64,000 nt of DNA from Malacoraja senta. Taxonomy: Eukaryota. The stretch's first letter is position 1. Each line of letters opens with the position of its first letter. Positions 10,801 to 25,800 of this stretch are shown one piece after another. The notes beneath the pieces were generated by a model, which ran no database searches, had not been told where the DNA came from, and saw nothing but the letters and a program-made list of their open reading frames with translations. The translations under genes and the position numbers were made by a program. The stretch is from the NCBI GenBank assembly GCA_038087875.1, contig CM075993.1:9674001-9738000 (forward strand). The letters run 5' to 3'.

Positions 10801-13800
10801 AGCGTTCTGCTGCGTCAAACACATCGAGCTGCAAAGGTAAAAAGGACAAAGCCTCAGTGGAAGGGGAAATGGACACAGCTTTACAGTTAAAGCATCAACC
10901 ACCCCAAGTGCTTACCGTTTGTCCTGATGGGATGTGCAATGTTTTAGGTGCAGTTTTGCCAATAAATTTGTTTAGGAGCCTGATGTTGGCGAAGGTCCCT
11001 CGAGTCATCACGGCGTCGTTACCCCTTCTTGCTCCGTAGGAATTAAACTCACGGGGAGTGAGGCTGAAGGTTAAAAAAAAAAAAAAGGATTTGCAAACTT
11101 TAAAAAAAAAAAATTATATTTAAATTTTTTATTAGAGGTATCTGCATATCATAGTCCAAACCATTACAAACTTTGTATAACGATTACATATTAAGTATCC
11201 AGGGTTCCGGGTACCCCGTTACCAAAGCAGCTGGGGTCCTCCTTTATCGGTTACATATTAACGTTGCCTCTAATTATTTATTTATATTTATAAATAATAA
11301 AAATAAAGAAAATAAAGAAATAAAAAGAAGAAATTAAAAAAGTAAGATAAACTATCAATAATACAACTTAGGAGAAAGGTCCATAGGTCAGAAAACGTAA
11401 CTATTCATCTAGTCCTGGGTTCAGGTTTCAGTCAGGCCTCCGCACCGGCCCAGTCTACCCCTTCAGATAATCTATAAACGGAGACCATATTTTAGTAAAT
11501 AATTCTGGTTTGTCAATTAAGACATATCTAATTTTTCCAAATATAAGGTCTCCGACATCTCCATAATCCACATCTTAATTGTGGGGGTTGCAGGGTTTTT
11601 TCCAAACTTTTAATATTAATTTTTTCCCAATTATTATGCTGTAGTCAAGAAAATTTCTTTGCTTTGTTGTAAGTTTTAGGTACTGTTCTGACATGCCCAA
11701 TATTATTAATTTAGGATCAGGATCCAGTTGAATATTAACAACTACAGAGATTATTTTTAAAATATCCATCCAATAATTTTTAATTTTTATACAATTTACA
11801 AAAGTATGGGTTAAATTAGCCGATGAGTGTTGGCATTTATCACAGATAGGGATATTAGGAAAGATTCTATTTAATTTTGTTTCTGAATAATGCAATCTAT
11901 GTAGTACTTTAAATTGTATTAAAGAGTGTCTGGTATTTAATGAACATTGATGTATATGTTGTAAACTTTCATCCCAAATATCTTTTGTTATAGGTTGGGC
12001 TAGTTCCTTTTCCCATGCTAGTCTATATAATTCCGTCGACGGAGTCTCACTGTCTAAAAGAGTATTATAAATATAAGATATTAATTTATCTGTATTAGGG
12101 TGTTTATTCAAACATTCATCTAGAATTTCTGGTTCTCTAGTTCTGTATTCTTGTGTATGTGATTTAACATAATCTTTAAGTTGTAAGTATCTAAAAAAAT
12201 TATTTGAATGTAATCCATAGTTCAGTTATAGTTCCTGAAACGAAAGAAAAATACCGTTTCTCTAAAGATGTCCCATCTTTTTAATTCCATGATTTTTCCA
12301 TTGTATCCTTTATCCAACACTGAGGGTTTAAATGAAGGATTATTTGCAATGGAGAGGGAAAATTATAAATTATCCAATTTTAATGTATTTTTTAATTGTT
12401 TCCAAATTCGAATTCCACTATATATTATAGGGTTTTCATTAGAGATTTTTTAATTCAGTTTTGTAGGAGCTAACAGGATCGGACCAATTTCAAAAGGTAA
12501 ACAATCTTCCTTTTCCATCTTTAACCAGTCTGGTTGTTGATCCATATCTTCCAACCAAAAATTCATGTTTTTGACATTTACTGCCCAAAAATAAAATAAA
12601 AAGTTTGGTAAAACTAATCCTCCTTTGGTCTTGGGTTTACATAGGTGTTTTTTGCTTATTCTGTGATTCTTATAATCCCAAATAAAACATGTCACAATAG
12701 AATCGACTTTTTTAAAGAATTTTTTTGGGAGATATATCGGGATTGATTGAAAGAGGTATAGCAATTGCGGAAGGAAAATCATTTTTATAGCATTAATTCC
12801 ACCGAGCATTGAAATGAGAAGTGTTTTCCAGTATTGAATATTCTTATGCAGTTTATTAAGTAAAGGCATGAAATTTGATTTAAATAGAGAGTTATATTTC
12901 CTTGTCACATAAATTCCAAGATATTTAAATTTTTCATTAACTATTCTAAAAGGTGAATGTTGCAATATATATGAATTAGATTCCGTTATTGGCATAATCT
13001 CACTTTTGTTCCAATTAATTCTATATCCTGAAAATAAACCAAATTGAGATAAGATTTAACAAGTTTGGAATGCTGGGTTTGTAATATATAATAATACATC
13101 GTCTGCGTATAGAGAGATTTTATTAACTGTATTTTTAGTATTATACCCATATATTTCTGGGTGTGCTCTAACTCTTTCTGATTGTGGTTCGATAACAAGG
13201 GCAAATAATAACGGTGATAACGGGCATCCTTGTCTGCAACCTTTAGATAAATCAAATTTTGTTAATAGCATTTGATTTGTCATTATTCTAGCTGTTGGGT
13301 TAGTGTATAAAAGCTGCATGTGCAAAACTTCTCACCCAATTGAAATTTTTCCATCACCGAAAATAAATAGGGCCATTCCACTTGATCGAATGCTTTCTCA
13401 GCATCTAACGATATGACTGCTAAATCTACATTAGCTATTCTGTTTGAGTATATAATATTAAATAATCGTCTCAAATTATAATATGAGTAGCATTTTGGAA
13501 TAAAGCCAGTTTGGTCAGGGTGTATTAATTTATGAATCACTAAACTTAATCTATGGGCTAAAATTTTAGTTAATATTTTCTGATCGGTGTTTAAGAGAGC
13601 GATTGCTCTATATGAATCTGGATCTTCAAGGTCCTTATCCATTTTGGGTATGTATTATTGTTGATTCGTTTAAAGTTTCTGGTAGTTTCTGTTGCATAAA
13701 GGCATGAGTATATAGTGTCTTTAAGTGTGTGGAGATCAGGTCATGAATTTTTTTTATAAAATTCGCTATTTAAACCATACGGGCCAGCGGCCTTTCCATT

Positions 13801-16800
13801 TTTTAGAGATCTGATAGATTCTTCAATATCTTTTACTGATATTTCGGCCCCTAATAATTCCCTCTTTCAGATCTAAACCTGTAAGATTACATTTCTGTAA
13901 GAATGATTCCATTCCTGCAGAGCCCACTATCGTTTTGGATGAATAAAATGTTTGATAGTATTGAGAAAATCTATCATTAATATCCTTGGGTAATGTTAGC
14001 ATTTCTCCCGTATCAGATTTAATTTTATAAATTGTTTTTTCCCCTTCCTGTTTCCGGAGCTGACGTGCTAGTAATTTTTATGGTTTATCACCAAACTCAA
14101 AGTATAGTTGTTTAGTATTTTGATAACGTTTTATGATTTGATCTGAATATAGTTGATTTAACTTATATTTAAGTGCTGCAATTTTATTATGTAATATCGT
14201 AGAGGGCGTGATTGCATTTTCCATATCTAATTGCCTTACCTCCTTTTCCAATTCCTGTTGTTCATGACCCGGTTCTCTTTATTACGAAAGGCTTGCGCAG
14301 AGATTAACACTCCTCGTATAAATGCTTTAAATGTTTCCCAAAAAAGGGAGGGAGTTATTTCCGGGCAATCATTAGTCTCAAAAAACATATTTATCTGTGT
14401 GGTAAGATATTCACAACATGCTTTATCATTTAAAATCTGAGGATTAAATCTCCATTGTGTCTGCTTCTCAGTCATTCCACTTAGTTTGATCATAAATGTT
14501 AGAGGTGCATGGTCCGAAATTATAATATTATGATATTTTGAGTTATAAGTAAATGGGATAAGCTTAGAGTCTACTAAAAAGTAATCTATTCTTGAGTAAG
14601 TTTTATGTACCGGTGAATAGAATGAATATTCCCTTCCAGATGGGTTTTTAATTCTCCAAACATCTTTGATATTAGTAGAGTTAATGTATGAGTTTATTAA
14701 TTCACTTGTTTTAGATTTTGCTTTTCTTTGTCTTGATGATCTATCTAAATAGTCTAGTGTACAATTTAAATCTCCTCCAATTATCAAGTTATGTTGTGTA
14801 ATTTCCAGGATATTATTAAGTATATTCTTAAAAAACAGTTATCAAAATTTGGTCCATAGACATTAAGAAGAATTACTTTTTTAAAATATAATTCACCCAC
14901 TAGTATTATATATCTACCATTCTTGTCCGCAATAGTTGATATGTGTTTAAAGGGTATACCTTTACGGATTACAATTGCAACCCCTCTAGCCTTACGGGAG
15001 AATGAAGAGTGATATGTTTCAACAATCCATTTTGCTTTCAATCTATGTTGTGCTTCATTTTTAAGATGAGTTTCTTGAAGAAATGTTACATCTGCATTAA
15101 GTGATTTTAAGTGTGCTAATACTTTACCTCTCTTAATTGAGTCATTAATTCCCTTAACGTTCCAGCTACAAAAAGTAATTCCTTGACCCCCAATTTTTCT
15201 ATTAACGTCTTGCATCTTATGGTTAGAATAGTCTATAATAGAGTAGGTAGCCCAGCGCAGTAAGCCAGACAATCCACCCGAACACAGGACAGATGAGTTT
15301 TAAATTGAATAGATCTTCCTCCTGGACCCCTCTCCACGAATAATACATATATTTCAAGTCAACTTTATGATAGAAATTAAGTACGAAATAAAGAAAGAAA
15401 ATAAAAAAATAAAGATTAATAAAGTGCAAGAAAAAAGAAGAAACGACATCTACAAATAGTGTAGTTAGTGTTAGCCACACTAACGTGGCTGGCCATCTAA
15501 GGACTTCCGTAGCCTTAGAAAAAAAAAAGTATTACTAGCTCCACGCTAAAAAAAAACAATAACTCAGTTAGTGTAATTTACGGGATTAATGTTATAACCA
15601 TTTTGGTCCAAAAGATTAGTAATCATATAATGAGAGACTATTACTCTCTTGGTTAAGTAGTAGTCAGTTATTAGTCTGATGTAAAAGAAAAAAAAGAAAC
15701 AACGATAAACATGGCTCAATTTAATTAATAAAATAACCAGGTTATACCTTGTTTGCAATTAATAATTAACTAATTAACTAATTATTCTAATAATAATAAT
15801 AGTAGTCTTAATAATTAGTATTTGTTAGTAATAATTAGTACAAAAATATTAAAATAATATGTCCATATCAATACGGTTTGTTCAGTTGTCGTTATCAGCT
15901 TTCATTAGTCCTTAAGTAAAATGACTTAAAGTTCCATTTATTCTCAGCAAGGTGAAGATATCATATGAATGTTATTCAATCAGCACTCAAGTCCGCGGTC
16001 TTCTGAGCGATCTTCTGGGCATACGCCAATGCTTCCTTGTGATCCGTAAAAAACATTTCCTTCTGCTTATAGAGATGACTCTCAATCTTGCAGGGTACAA
16101 CAATCCATATCTCAAATTGTCTATCTTCTTAAGAATCCCTTTTGTCTCAGTAAATAACGCTCTCTTTGTGACCACCTCCTTTGGGTAGTCTCTGAATATG
16201 CTGATTTTGTCCCCCTCGAACTGAAGATTTCTGGTGTTAGCAACTTTTTTCATGATATCCTCCAAGACGTGATCGTATTGCACCTTCACTATCAGTTGCC
16301 TTGGGGGAATGTCCAGGCCCGGGCGACGTCTCCCAACCCTGTGTGCCCGGCCTAATAAAGGTCTATGATCCAAATTCAAGACTTTTTTCAATAAGTCTGC
16401 AGCATAGTCACGGACGTCATTATTACCTTCTTTACCCTCTCGGACGCCAACAATTCTTAAGTTCTGACGTCTCTGATGTCCTTCCAAGACAATACATTTT
16501 TCAGTTACTGTATGCAGTAAATCTGATAACCGTTTGTTCTCTTCTAGAAGTGCTTCTGTAGTTTTCGAACTCGCATCAGCAATTGACTCCAAATAGCTTC
16601 AGTTTGTTGATTTATCGTGTCGTAAATAGGATCCAGCTTACCATTTAGATTGTCTTCAGTCCACCTAATTTTCTCATTTACTTCTTCAATTTGTAAATCG
16701 AGGTTAGCAGATATTTTCCCATTCATGGCAATCAGTTAGTTCTTCACGGACAAACTTAGAAATTTTCTCATCAAACATTAAAAATTCATTTTTGATTTCA

Positions 16801-19800
16801 TTTTTAAAACCTTTCATTTCTGTTTTTAAGTTTATCAGTTCATCTCTCATACTTGCTGTTTCCTTAGTAACACTTGCCATTTCCTTGGTGATAAAGATGT
16901 GAAGCTCTTCCATTTCAGTTTTCTTTGTCTTTGGCTTCTGGACCTTTGAGACATCCTCCTGGGATGACGTTGAAACTGAGCCCGAGGCTTCAGTCAGGCC
17001 TACTTCTTCCACCGGAGCTTTTTTCCCCGAGTTTTTTAGTTGCTCCCTTTGAGGGGGAGTGTTTTACCGACATTATACTCCGGAGTCGCAGGTCTGATGA
17101 CGTCACTCAGGCTGCCGGTGCGATTCTCTGCAGGTCAGACAGTTGTTTTTCTCCCGTTTTTTTCAGATGTTTGCGTGGAGCTAGCTGGCGCACGCTCTTA
17201 CTTCACCATTAGCCCCACCGGAAGTCAAGATTTGCAAACTTAATTATTGCTTTAATGGTTGAAATTCAGTCTGAAAACTTGGCTATTGGTACGTACAGAC
17301 AGCACCCATAGTTGGATGGGTGCAGTCTGCAGGGATTTTGTACCTGGGTCTCTAGCGCTGTAAGGCAACAATTCTACCGCTGTGACCCCAACTTCTAAAC
17401 ATGGAAACAGTGCAGCACAGGAACTGGCCTTTGGCATTGGGGCATTTTAGAATTTATTCTGGCTGAACAAATTCGTCCAACTCCAACAACTTCAAATTTG
17501 ACCAACAACTTTAACCTATAATTTTTAAAAGAGTATACGCGAGTTTCCAAATTTAAAAAGATTTGGAAAATTAAAGGCTACGGCCCTGAAAGAGTAAAAA
17601 AAGACAAAGTGCTGGAGCAACAGTGGGTCAGGCAGCATCTCTGAAGAACATGGACAGGTGACATTTCATGGGACCCGAAACATCACATTTCCTTGTTTAC
17701 TGGAGATGCTGCCTGATCCGCTGAGTTAATCCAGCACTTTGTGTCTTTTTTTTTGTAAACCAGCACCCGCAGTTCCTTGTAGCGCCCTGAAGAAGTGCTT
17801 CATTTCAGATTTTCAGTAACCACTTATTTTTCTTTTTTAAATAACTCAATTGAATTAATTTGTTTATTTACAGATACGTCCAACTTTGATCTTGATTTTT
17901 AAAATAATGGATCCAATGCTCTCATTTTAAACTCCATTCTTTAACAGTAGACAATAGGTGCAGGAGTAGGCCATTTGGCCCTTCAAGCCAGCACCATCAT
18001 TCAATGTGATCATGGCTGATCATCCCCAATCAGTACCCCGTTCCTGCCTTCTCCCCATATCTCCTGACTCCGCTATCTTTAAGAGCCCTATCTAGCTCTC
18101 TCTTGAAAGCATCCAGAGAATCTGCCTCCACCACCCTCTGAGGCAGAGAATTCCACAAACTCACAACTCTCTGTGAGAAAAAGTGTTTCCTCATCTCCGT
18201 TCTAAATGGCTTACTCCTTATTCTTTAACAGTAATAGAGTGAAAATGCTATCTCCCGTCCAGGAAGCACTCACCCCCTGGAGGTTAGGTACCGAGCTGCA
18301 GCGCTGTTGCGGGCAATGCTGCCAGCAGGGGAGATGTGGTCAGTGGTGACAGAATCGCCCAGGTATAGCAGCACATGAGCGTCTTCGATAGACTGTACGC
18401 AGCTGGGTTCCTTGGTCTGCGGAAAGAGAAAGAGCAAGAGAAGATGAGCACACACAGGGAGCAAGCACAGAAATAACTGTGGCCACGATCAGAGTGAAGA
18501 CAAATGTTTGGAGTAACTCAGCGACTGCGACACCTTCGCTGGAGGACACAGAAGCAGCAATTCAGGTCAGGATCCTTCCTCTCACTGATTCTGAAAATGG
18601 AAAAGAGGTGGTGGTGGGACAGAGCCAGCAAGTGATAGGTGGATACAGGTGATGGAGGGGGCAAGACAGACCCACTGAGTTACTCCAGCATTGTGTGTTC
18701 TATGCAAGATTCTGGCATCTGCAACTCCTTCTAACAACAACTTTAAACCTATAATTTAAAAAAAAAAAGAGTACACATGGCCTATTTAAAAGGATTTGGA
18801 AAATTTTGTGTCTGGATTTTATTGGATACAAATTTTAAGTAATCTTTCTCATACCATCTGTCCCCAGAAGGGGGGATCATATACGTTACAGGCTGGTACA
18901 GAAACAGAATAGGCTGCGATTTCAGATCTAAACATTTTGACTGTTGACGTTTGGGATTTGATTCGAGCCTTGGTTTGCATTCATACTACACCGGGGCTGA
19001 AAACACTGACTTCAATGTGAACTGGAAAAAAATTCAACTTATCCATTTAAAGCTTGGTTTGAATATGGCTACAAAAACCCAGCATAATCTTCTGGAATAG
19101 CACCTTATATATTCATGCCAGTGTGAATTTTTATTATTTAAAAAAAAAGAGTATCTAGGATACGTTCTCCAATATTGTTTAATCAGCTATTTTTTATCAA
19201 TGTATTCATTGTGTGGCGATTAGTAAATGGAGAAATTTGAACATAAATATTCATGTAGGTAGAGAATAAACAAATCCATTTCCCATCCTTTGAACAAAAC
19301 GGACTCAGCTAAACACAATGAACTGACCTCCATTAGCTGTGTACAAAACCCTGCACTTACTTTCCAATCAAGGACAACATTGTACAAGATATGCCCTGAG
19401 ACTAAATTAGCCGACTGCCTGCTTTCTTCTTCTTTAGGTTGAAGGTGAAAGCTCTCAATTACCAAGCCACAAGTTCCTGGAGAGAAACTGGAAGCTGCCT
19501 TGAAGGTCCTGGTGCAGAGCAATGTGAAGCTCTTCTGCAGATAAAAGTAGCAATCTGCAAGTGCTTCCTGGTCACCATTACTATAATTTATCATGAAATC
19601 AAACTCCATACAAACTTGTTTACAGTCGTTCATAAGGTTATAAGTGACAGTCACTGGTCGGGTTGCACCTAAACTGGAGGGGGACCAACATCCCAGCAGG
19701 AAGGTTCGCTAATGCTACACAGGAGGGTTTAAACTAGATTGGCAGAAGGGTGGGATCTCGTGCAGGACAGAGGCACGTGAGAGGCTAGAAGTTGTTATGG

Positions 19801-22800
19801 AGGGTGGTTAGTGGACAGAATAGGCAGGTGAAAGGCGGAGAGCGAGGAAGGAGAGTTGGTTTAAATTGCACGTATTTTAATGCAAGGGGCCTGACGGGCA
19901 AAGCAGATGAGCTTAGGGCATGGATAGGTACGAGCGACTGGGATGTTGTAGCCATGACTGAAACCTGGTCAAGGGACGGGCAGGACTGGCAACTCAATGT
20001 TCCGGCGGGGTACAGGAGCTTCAGGAGAGAAAGGGTTAAAAGAAAAAAAAGGAGGGGGGTTGCATTGTTGGTTAAGGAGGATGTCACAGTTATGTTCAGA
20101 GGTGACATTACGAACGGTTCATCTAGTGAGGCTATATGGGTGGAGCTGAGGGACAAGAAAGGGATGATCACTTTGTTGGGGGTGTACTACAGACCCCCGA
20201 ATAGTCAACGCGAATTAGAAGAGCAAATGTGCCGGGAGATTGCAGACAGCTGCAGGTCAAATAAGGTTGTTGCAGTAGGGGATTTTAACTTTCCCAATAT
20301 ACACTGGGAAAATCATAGCGTGAAAGGTTTAGATAATAATAATAATAATAATTCATTTTATTTACTGGCGCCTTTCTAAAACCCAAGGACACCTTACAAG
20401 GCATAGAATCACAAAAATACAAAACACATAATCGGAAAAAATTAAATATAAAAACACCACAGTACACAAATCAAGGACAGAATTCAATTTCAAAAGCACA
20501 AAAAGAAAATAAGAAACACAATTTGAGGAGAGAGCAGCGGCGACTAATTCGCGCCAGCGTCCACTCTCCCCTCCGACCGCCATCTTGCACACAGACTAAC
20601 AGGCACAGCACACAAAAATCATCCCCCCACAATGACCACCACTGTGGGGGAAGGCACAATGTCCAGTCCCCAACCCAGTTCTCCCCAGAGTCAGGCCCAA
20701 TGAGGCTTCCACAGTTGCCTCTACGGAGGCCCGATGTTCCTGGCCGTCGGGAGAGTCCTCGCAGCGGCTGGAACGGCCAGTTTCCCAGCGGAGTCGATGG
20801 CACCTGAAGCCGACGGGGCCGCGCCGATTTGGAGCCACGAGGCTCCCGATGTTGGAGTCGGCGCCGCCACTGGTCGCTCCGCAGTCCCGCAGCCCGGAGG
20901 TGTTGATCTCGGCGGTCAACGCATACCGGAGCTCCAGCGCGTCGATCCAGCGCGGCGACCCAGGCAAGGCATCGCCCGCTACGCTCTCCGATAGCGCTCC
21001 AGCGCTGTGCCGCCACCGAAGCTGAAGGTGCTGGGCGGTCCCTGTCAGGAAATGGCGCTCCATGCCCGCTGGTAGGCCATGAGGACGGGTCGACGAGGCA
21101 GCCTGGAGAAAAAGCTGCCTCACCGACCAGGTAGGGACCCAGAAATAGTTTCCCCTTACCCCCCCACATTAAAAGTCAAAATCCCCCAAACAAACAAAGA
21201 AATAAAAAAAGCTAAAACTAAAGAAAAAGTGAATTTGACGGACGGCTGCTGTTTAGCAGCCGTTCCTCCAAGATGGCGGCTCCTCCTTGATGGTACTCCT
21301 AGATGGGGTGCAATTCCTCAAAAGTGTTCAGGAGAGTTTTCTTAAGCAGTATGTGGAGACTCCCACACGTGAGAGGGCAACGCTGGATATAGTATTGGGA
21401 AATTGAGAAGGGCAAGTTAATGAAGTGTGTGCGGAGGAGCCTTTTGGGACAGTGACCACAGTTTGATTCGGTTTAAAATAGTTATGGATCGGGACGGAGA
21501 GGGTCCACGTGTTAAAATGCTCAACTGGGGTAAGGTCAACTTTGAGGATATGAGAGAAGGTCTCGCTCAAGTTGACTGGAGCAGGTTATTAGATGGGAAA
21601 GGAACATCAGCCAAGTGGGATGTTTTTAAAAGTTTACTGAAGAAAGCTCAGGATATGTACGTCCCCGTTAGAGTGAAGGGCAAAGCAGGCAAACGTAAGG
21701 AAGCTTGACTGACGAGGGAAATTGAGACGTTGGTCAAAAACAAGAATGGTGCATGGGACAGGTATAGGCAGCTGGGATCAAGTGCATCCCTGGAGGAGTT
21801 TCGGGAACTAAGGAGCAAAACTAAAAAATGGAAATCAGAAAATAGGGGCCAGGAGATAGCTCTGGCGGGTAGCATTAAGGACAACCCCAACAGATTTTAT
21901 AAATACATAAGGACGAAAAGGGTAACTAGAGAGAGTGGGACCTCTCAGGAATCCAAGCAGTCACCTCTGTGTGGAGCCACAGGAGGTGGGCAAGGTACTA
22001 AATTCTCCTCTGTATTAACCGAGGAGAAAGACAGTAGGACGGAGGAAATTGGAGCAGTCACTGGAATTGTGTTGAGAGCAGTCAGGGTTACCGTCGAAGA
22101 AGTACTGAAGGTATTGTTGTGTTTGAAGGTAGATAAATCTCCAGGGCCTGATCAGATATATCCAAGGTCGTTGAGGGAAACTCGAGTGGAAATTACGGGA
22201 GCCCTGGTTGAAATTTACGAGTCGTCCTTAAATACAGGAGAGGTGCTGGAAGACTAAAGGGTGGCAAATGTTGTGCCTCTTTTCAAGAAAAGCTGCAGGG
22301 AGAATGCTGGGAACGATAGGCCGGTGAGCTTAATGGGCCTGTCCCACTTAGGCGACTCTTTAGGGGACTGCCAGGGACTAGTTTTAATGGAATTCACCTA
22401 CGACACCTGGCGACAACCTATGACAGTACCTACGTCAACCTGCGACAGCAAAAATTGTCCCCACTGTCGCCGAAAATTTTTCAACATGTTGAAAATTTTG
22501 CGGCAGTTGCCTGCAGTTGCCCAGAAGATCGCCTAATTGGGACAGGCCCATAACATCTGTAATAGGTAAGTTACTGGAGAGTATTCTGAAGGATAGGTTA
22601 TACAGACATTTGGATGGGCAAGGGCTGATGAGGGATAGTCAGCATGGTTTTGTATGTCTCAAAAATCAGATTTTTGAAAATGTGACCAAAAAGGTTGATG
22701 AGGGTAGAGCTGTAGATGTTGTGTACATGGATTTCCGTAAGGCATTCAACAAGGTTCCGCATGGTTGGCTGCTCTGGAAGGTTAGATCGCATGGGATCCA

Positions 22801-25800
22801 AGGAGATATAGCTGAATGGATAGCAAATTGGCTCAATTTAAGGAAGCAGAGGATGATGTTGGAAGGTTGCTTCTCAGACTGGAGGCCTGTGACTAGTGGT
22901 GTGCCTCGGGGTTCGGTGCTGGGCCCGTTACTGTTTGTCATCTACATCAATGATTTGGATGAGAACATACACGGCAAGATTAGCAAGTCTGCTGATGATA
23001 CAAAGGTTAGTGGTTTTGCAGATAGTGAAGATTGTTGTGAAAAATGCAGCAGGATCTGGATCGATTGGCCAGGTGGGCGGGGGAATTGGTTGATGGAATT
23101 TAATACAGAAAAGTGTGAGGTGTTGCATTTTTGGACATCGAACAAGGGCAGGACCTACACAGTAAATGGTAGGCCTCTCGGTAGTGTTGTAGAGCAGAGG
23201 GTTTTAGGACTACAGGTGCATGGTTCCTTGAAGGTTGAGTCGCAGGTAGATAAGGTCAAAAAGGCTTTTGGCACTTTGGCCTTCATCAGTCAGAGTATTG
23301 AGTATAGAAGTTGGGAGGTCATGTTGCAGTTGGTGAGACCGCATTTAAAATATTGTGTTCAGTTCTGGGCACCATGTTATAGGAAAGATATTGTCAAGCT
23401 TGAAAGGGTTCAAAAAAGATTTGCAAGGATGTTGCCAGGACTAGAGGGTGTGAGCTATAGGGAGAGGTTGAGTGGTTTGGGTCTCTGTTCCATGGAGCAC
23501 AGGAGGATATAACCATATAACCATAACCATATAACCATAACAGCACGGAAACAGGCCATCTCGGCCCTTCAAGTCCGTGCCGAATAAGGATGAGGGGTGA
23601 TCTTATGGAGGTATACAAAATCATGAGAGGAATAGATCAGGTAGATACACAGTGTCTTTTGCCCAGAGTCGGGGAATCGAGGATCAGAGGACACAGGTTC
23701 AAGGTGAAGGGGAAAAGATTTAATAGGAATCCGAGGGGTAACTTTTTCACACAAAGGGTGATGGGTGCATGGAACAAGCTGCCGGAGGAGGTAGTTGAGG
23801 CTGGGACTATCCCATTGTTAAAGAAACAGTTAGACAGGTACATGGATAGGACAGGTTTGGAGGGATATGGACCAAGCGCAGGCAATTGGGACTAGTGTAG
23901 CTGGGACATTGTTGGTAGTGTGGGCGAGTTGGGCCGAAGGGCCTGTTTCCACACTATCACTCTAGGACCGTGATAGGGGCAGAATTTGGTCATTCAGCCC
24001 ATCAAGTCTACGCTATCCAATCATGGCTGATCTATCTCCCCGAACCCCATTTATCTGCATTCTCCCTATAACCCCTGACACCCATACTAATAACAAATCT
24101 GTCTATCTCTACCTTAAAAATATCTATTGTCTTGGCCTCCACAGCCTTCTGTGGCAAATAATTCCACAGACTCACCACCCTCTGACTAAAGAAATTCCTC
24201 ATCTACTTCCGAACGGAATGTTCTCTAATCCTTTAATTAAGGCTATGATCTTGGGTCCTAGACTCTCGTACTAGTAGAAACATCCTCTCCACATCCACTC
24301 TATCAAGCCTTTCACTATTCGGTAAGTTTCAATGTGCTTTTCCCCTCATCCTTCTAAACTTATGCGAGTATAAGCCCAGTGCTGTCAAACGCTCATCATA
24401 TGTTCTATGTTGTCCTATTTTCTCTTCCATTCACTATACACTAGGGACAATTTACAGAGGCCAATTAATCTACAAACCTGCACGTGTTTGGGATGTGGGA
24501 AGAAGCCCATGCAGTTACAGGGAGAACACCGCCTGGATCGAAACCTGTTCTCTGGTGCTGAGAGGCATCAACTCTACCAGCTGTGTGACCAAGTGATAAG
24601 ATCAACATGAACACAGTGGCAAATATAGAAACAGCAATCCGTTTATTAAAATATTACTTACAAGTTTATCAAAAAATGAAGGACATCTGATGTAGGTTGA
24701 CTTTGAATCCCATGGATACAGAAGTGACTCTGGAGCTTCCAAGGCGTTCCAGCGATTATTTCCTTTCTGGGGTGGAAAGAAAATATTTCAGCTGAATACC
24801 ACTGACATTACCACCGGGTGTTGCCTATAATGGCCGCCTCGCCTGCAGCCTGTCGAGTCCCTTCTCTATTTTTGTTATTTTGAGACCGAAGAAGGGAACT
24901 AAAAAGTTTGGCAGTTGGAGTTCAACTCGGGTGAGTTCACGAGCGACAGCACAGTAGTAGTTGACTATTAACTTGATGCGCGTGTGAGCGACGGGGCTGT
25001 GTCTGTTAATTATTAAACGGAGTGTTTACACAACGTGTGGATCTCTAAACCTCTGTCATTGATTTCCTACATTGTTTCAAAATCTATTTTAGCTGCAATA
25101 ATGCATCTCATCTTTCGTCAGGGAACATGCTTACATCCCAGCTTGAGAAAGGGAACACCTTTGCTGCTTTGACACGGAATGTGTTCATCCTGCCATTACC
25201 ACGTACATCTTGCATTGGGCATATATAAATTACTTGTTCAGTATTTAATAAATAGTTGATTTCACAGAGACATGGCTCACCCCCAGCTCCCCAAACTCAG
25301 CGGTCCAGCCTGAAGGTTTCTCCATCCATCGCATGGACTGTACACTGGCACCTGGGAAAGAGAGAGGAGGAGGCGTCTGCCTCATGGTCAACTCTGCGTG
25401 GTGTTCAGATGTGGCAGTCCTATCCAACTCCTGCTCTCCACACCTGGAACACCTGGCTGTGAAGTGCCGTCCCTTCTACCTACCGAGGGAATTCTCCTCC
25501 ATCATCCTGATCACGGTCTACCTCCCACCCCAGGCTGATGTCCACCTGGCACTGGGGGAGCTGCACGCCGTGGTCAACAAGCACCAGATGGCTTACCCCG
25601 AGGTGTTTACCACCTTAGCCGGGGAGTTCAACAAAGCCAACCTGAAGAAATCGCTCCCTAACTTCCACCAACATGTCTCTTGCAGCACCAAAGGACCAAA
25701 CACCCTCGACCACTGCCATATGACCATCAAAGACGCCTATCGCTCTATCCCTCGCCTTCAGTTCGGTAAATCCGACCATTCTGCGGTGCTGCTGCTTCCT

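Larger units (their letters stand above)
19659..23963 (+). mobile_element. CR1-clade LINE (end of ORF1 plus ORF2 EN-RT), degenerate, with three nested insertions
   Basis: YFNARGL...MTETW...YRPP...GDFNFP endonuclease; [41 protein letters not shown]-terminus. Confidence 0.92.

Noticed and set aside
20471..21169. 232-aa and overlapping ORFs as a novel gene
   Set aside because: GC-rich repeat interior with open frames on both strands and no recognisable domain.
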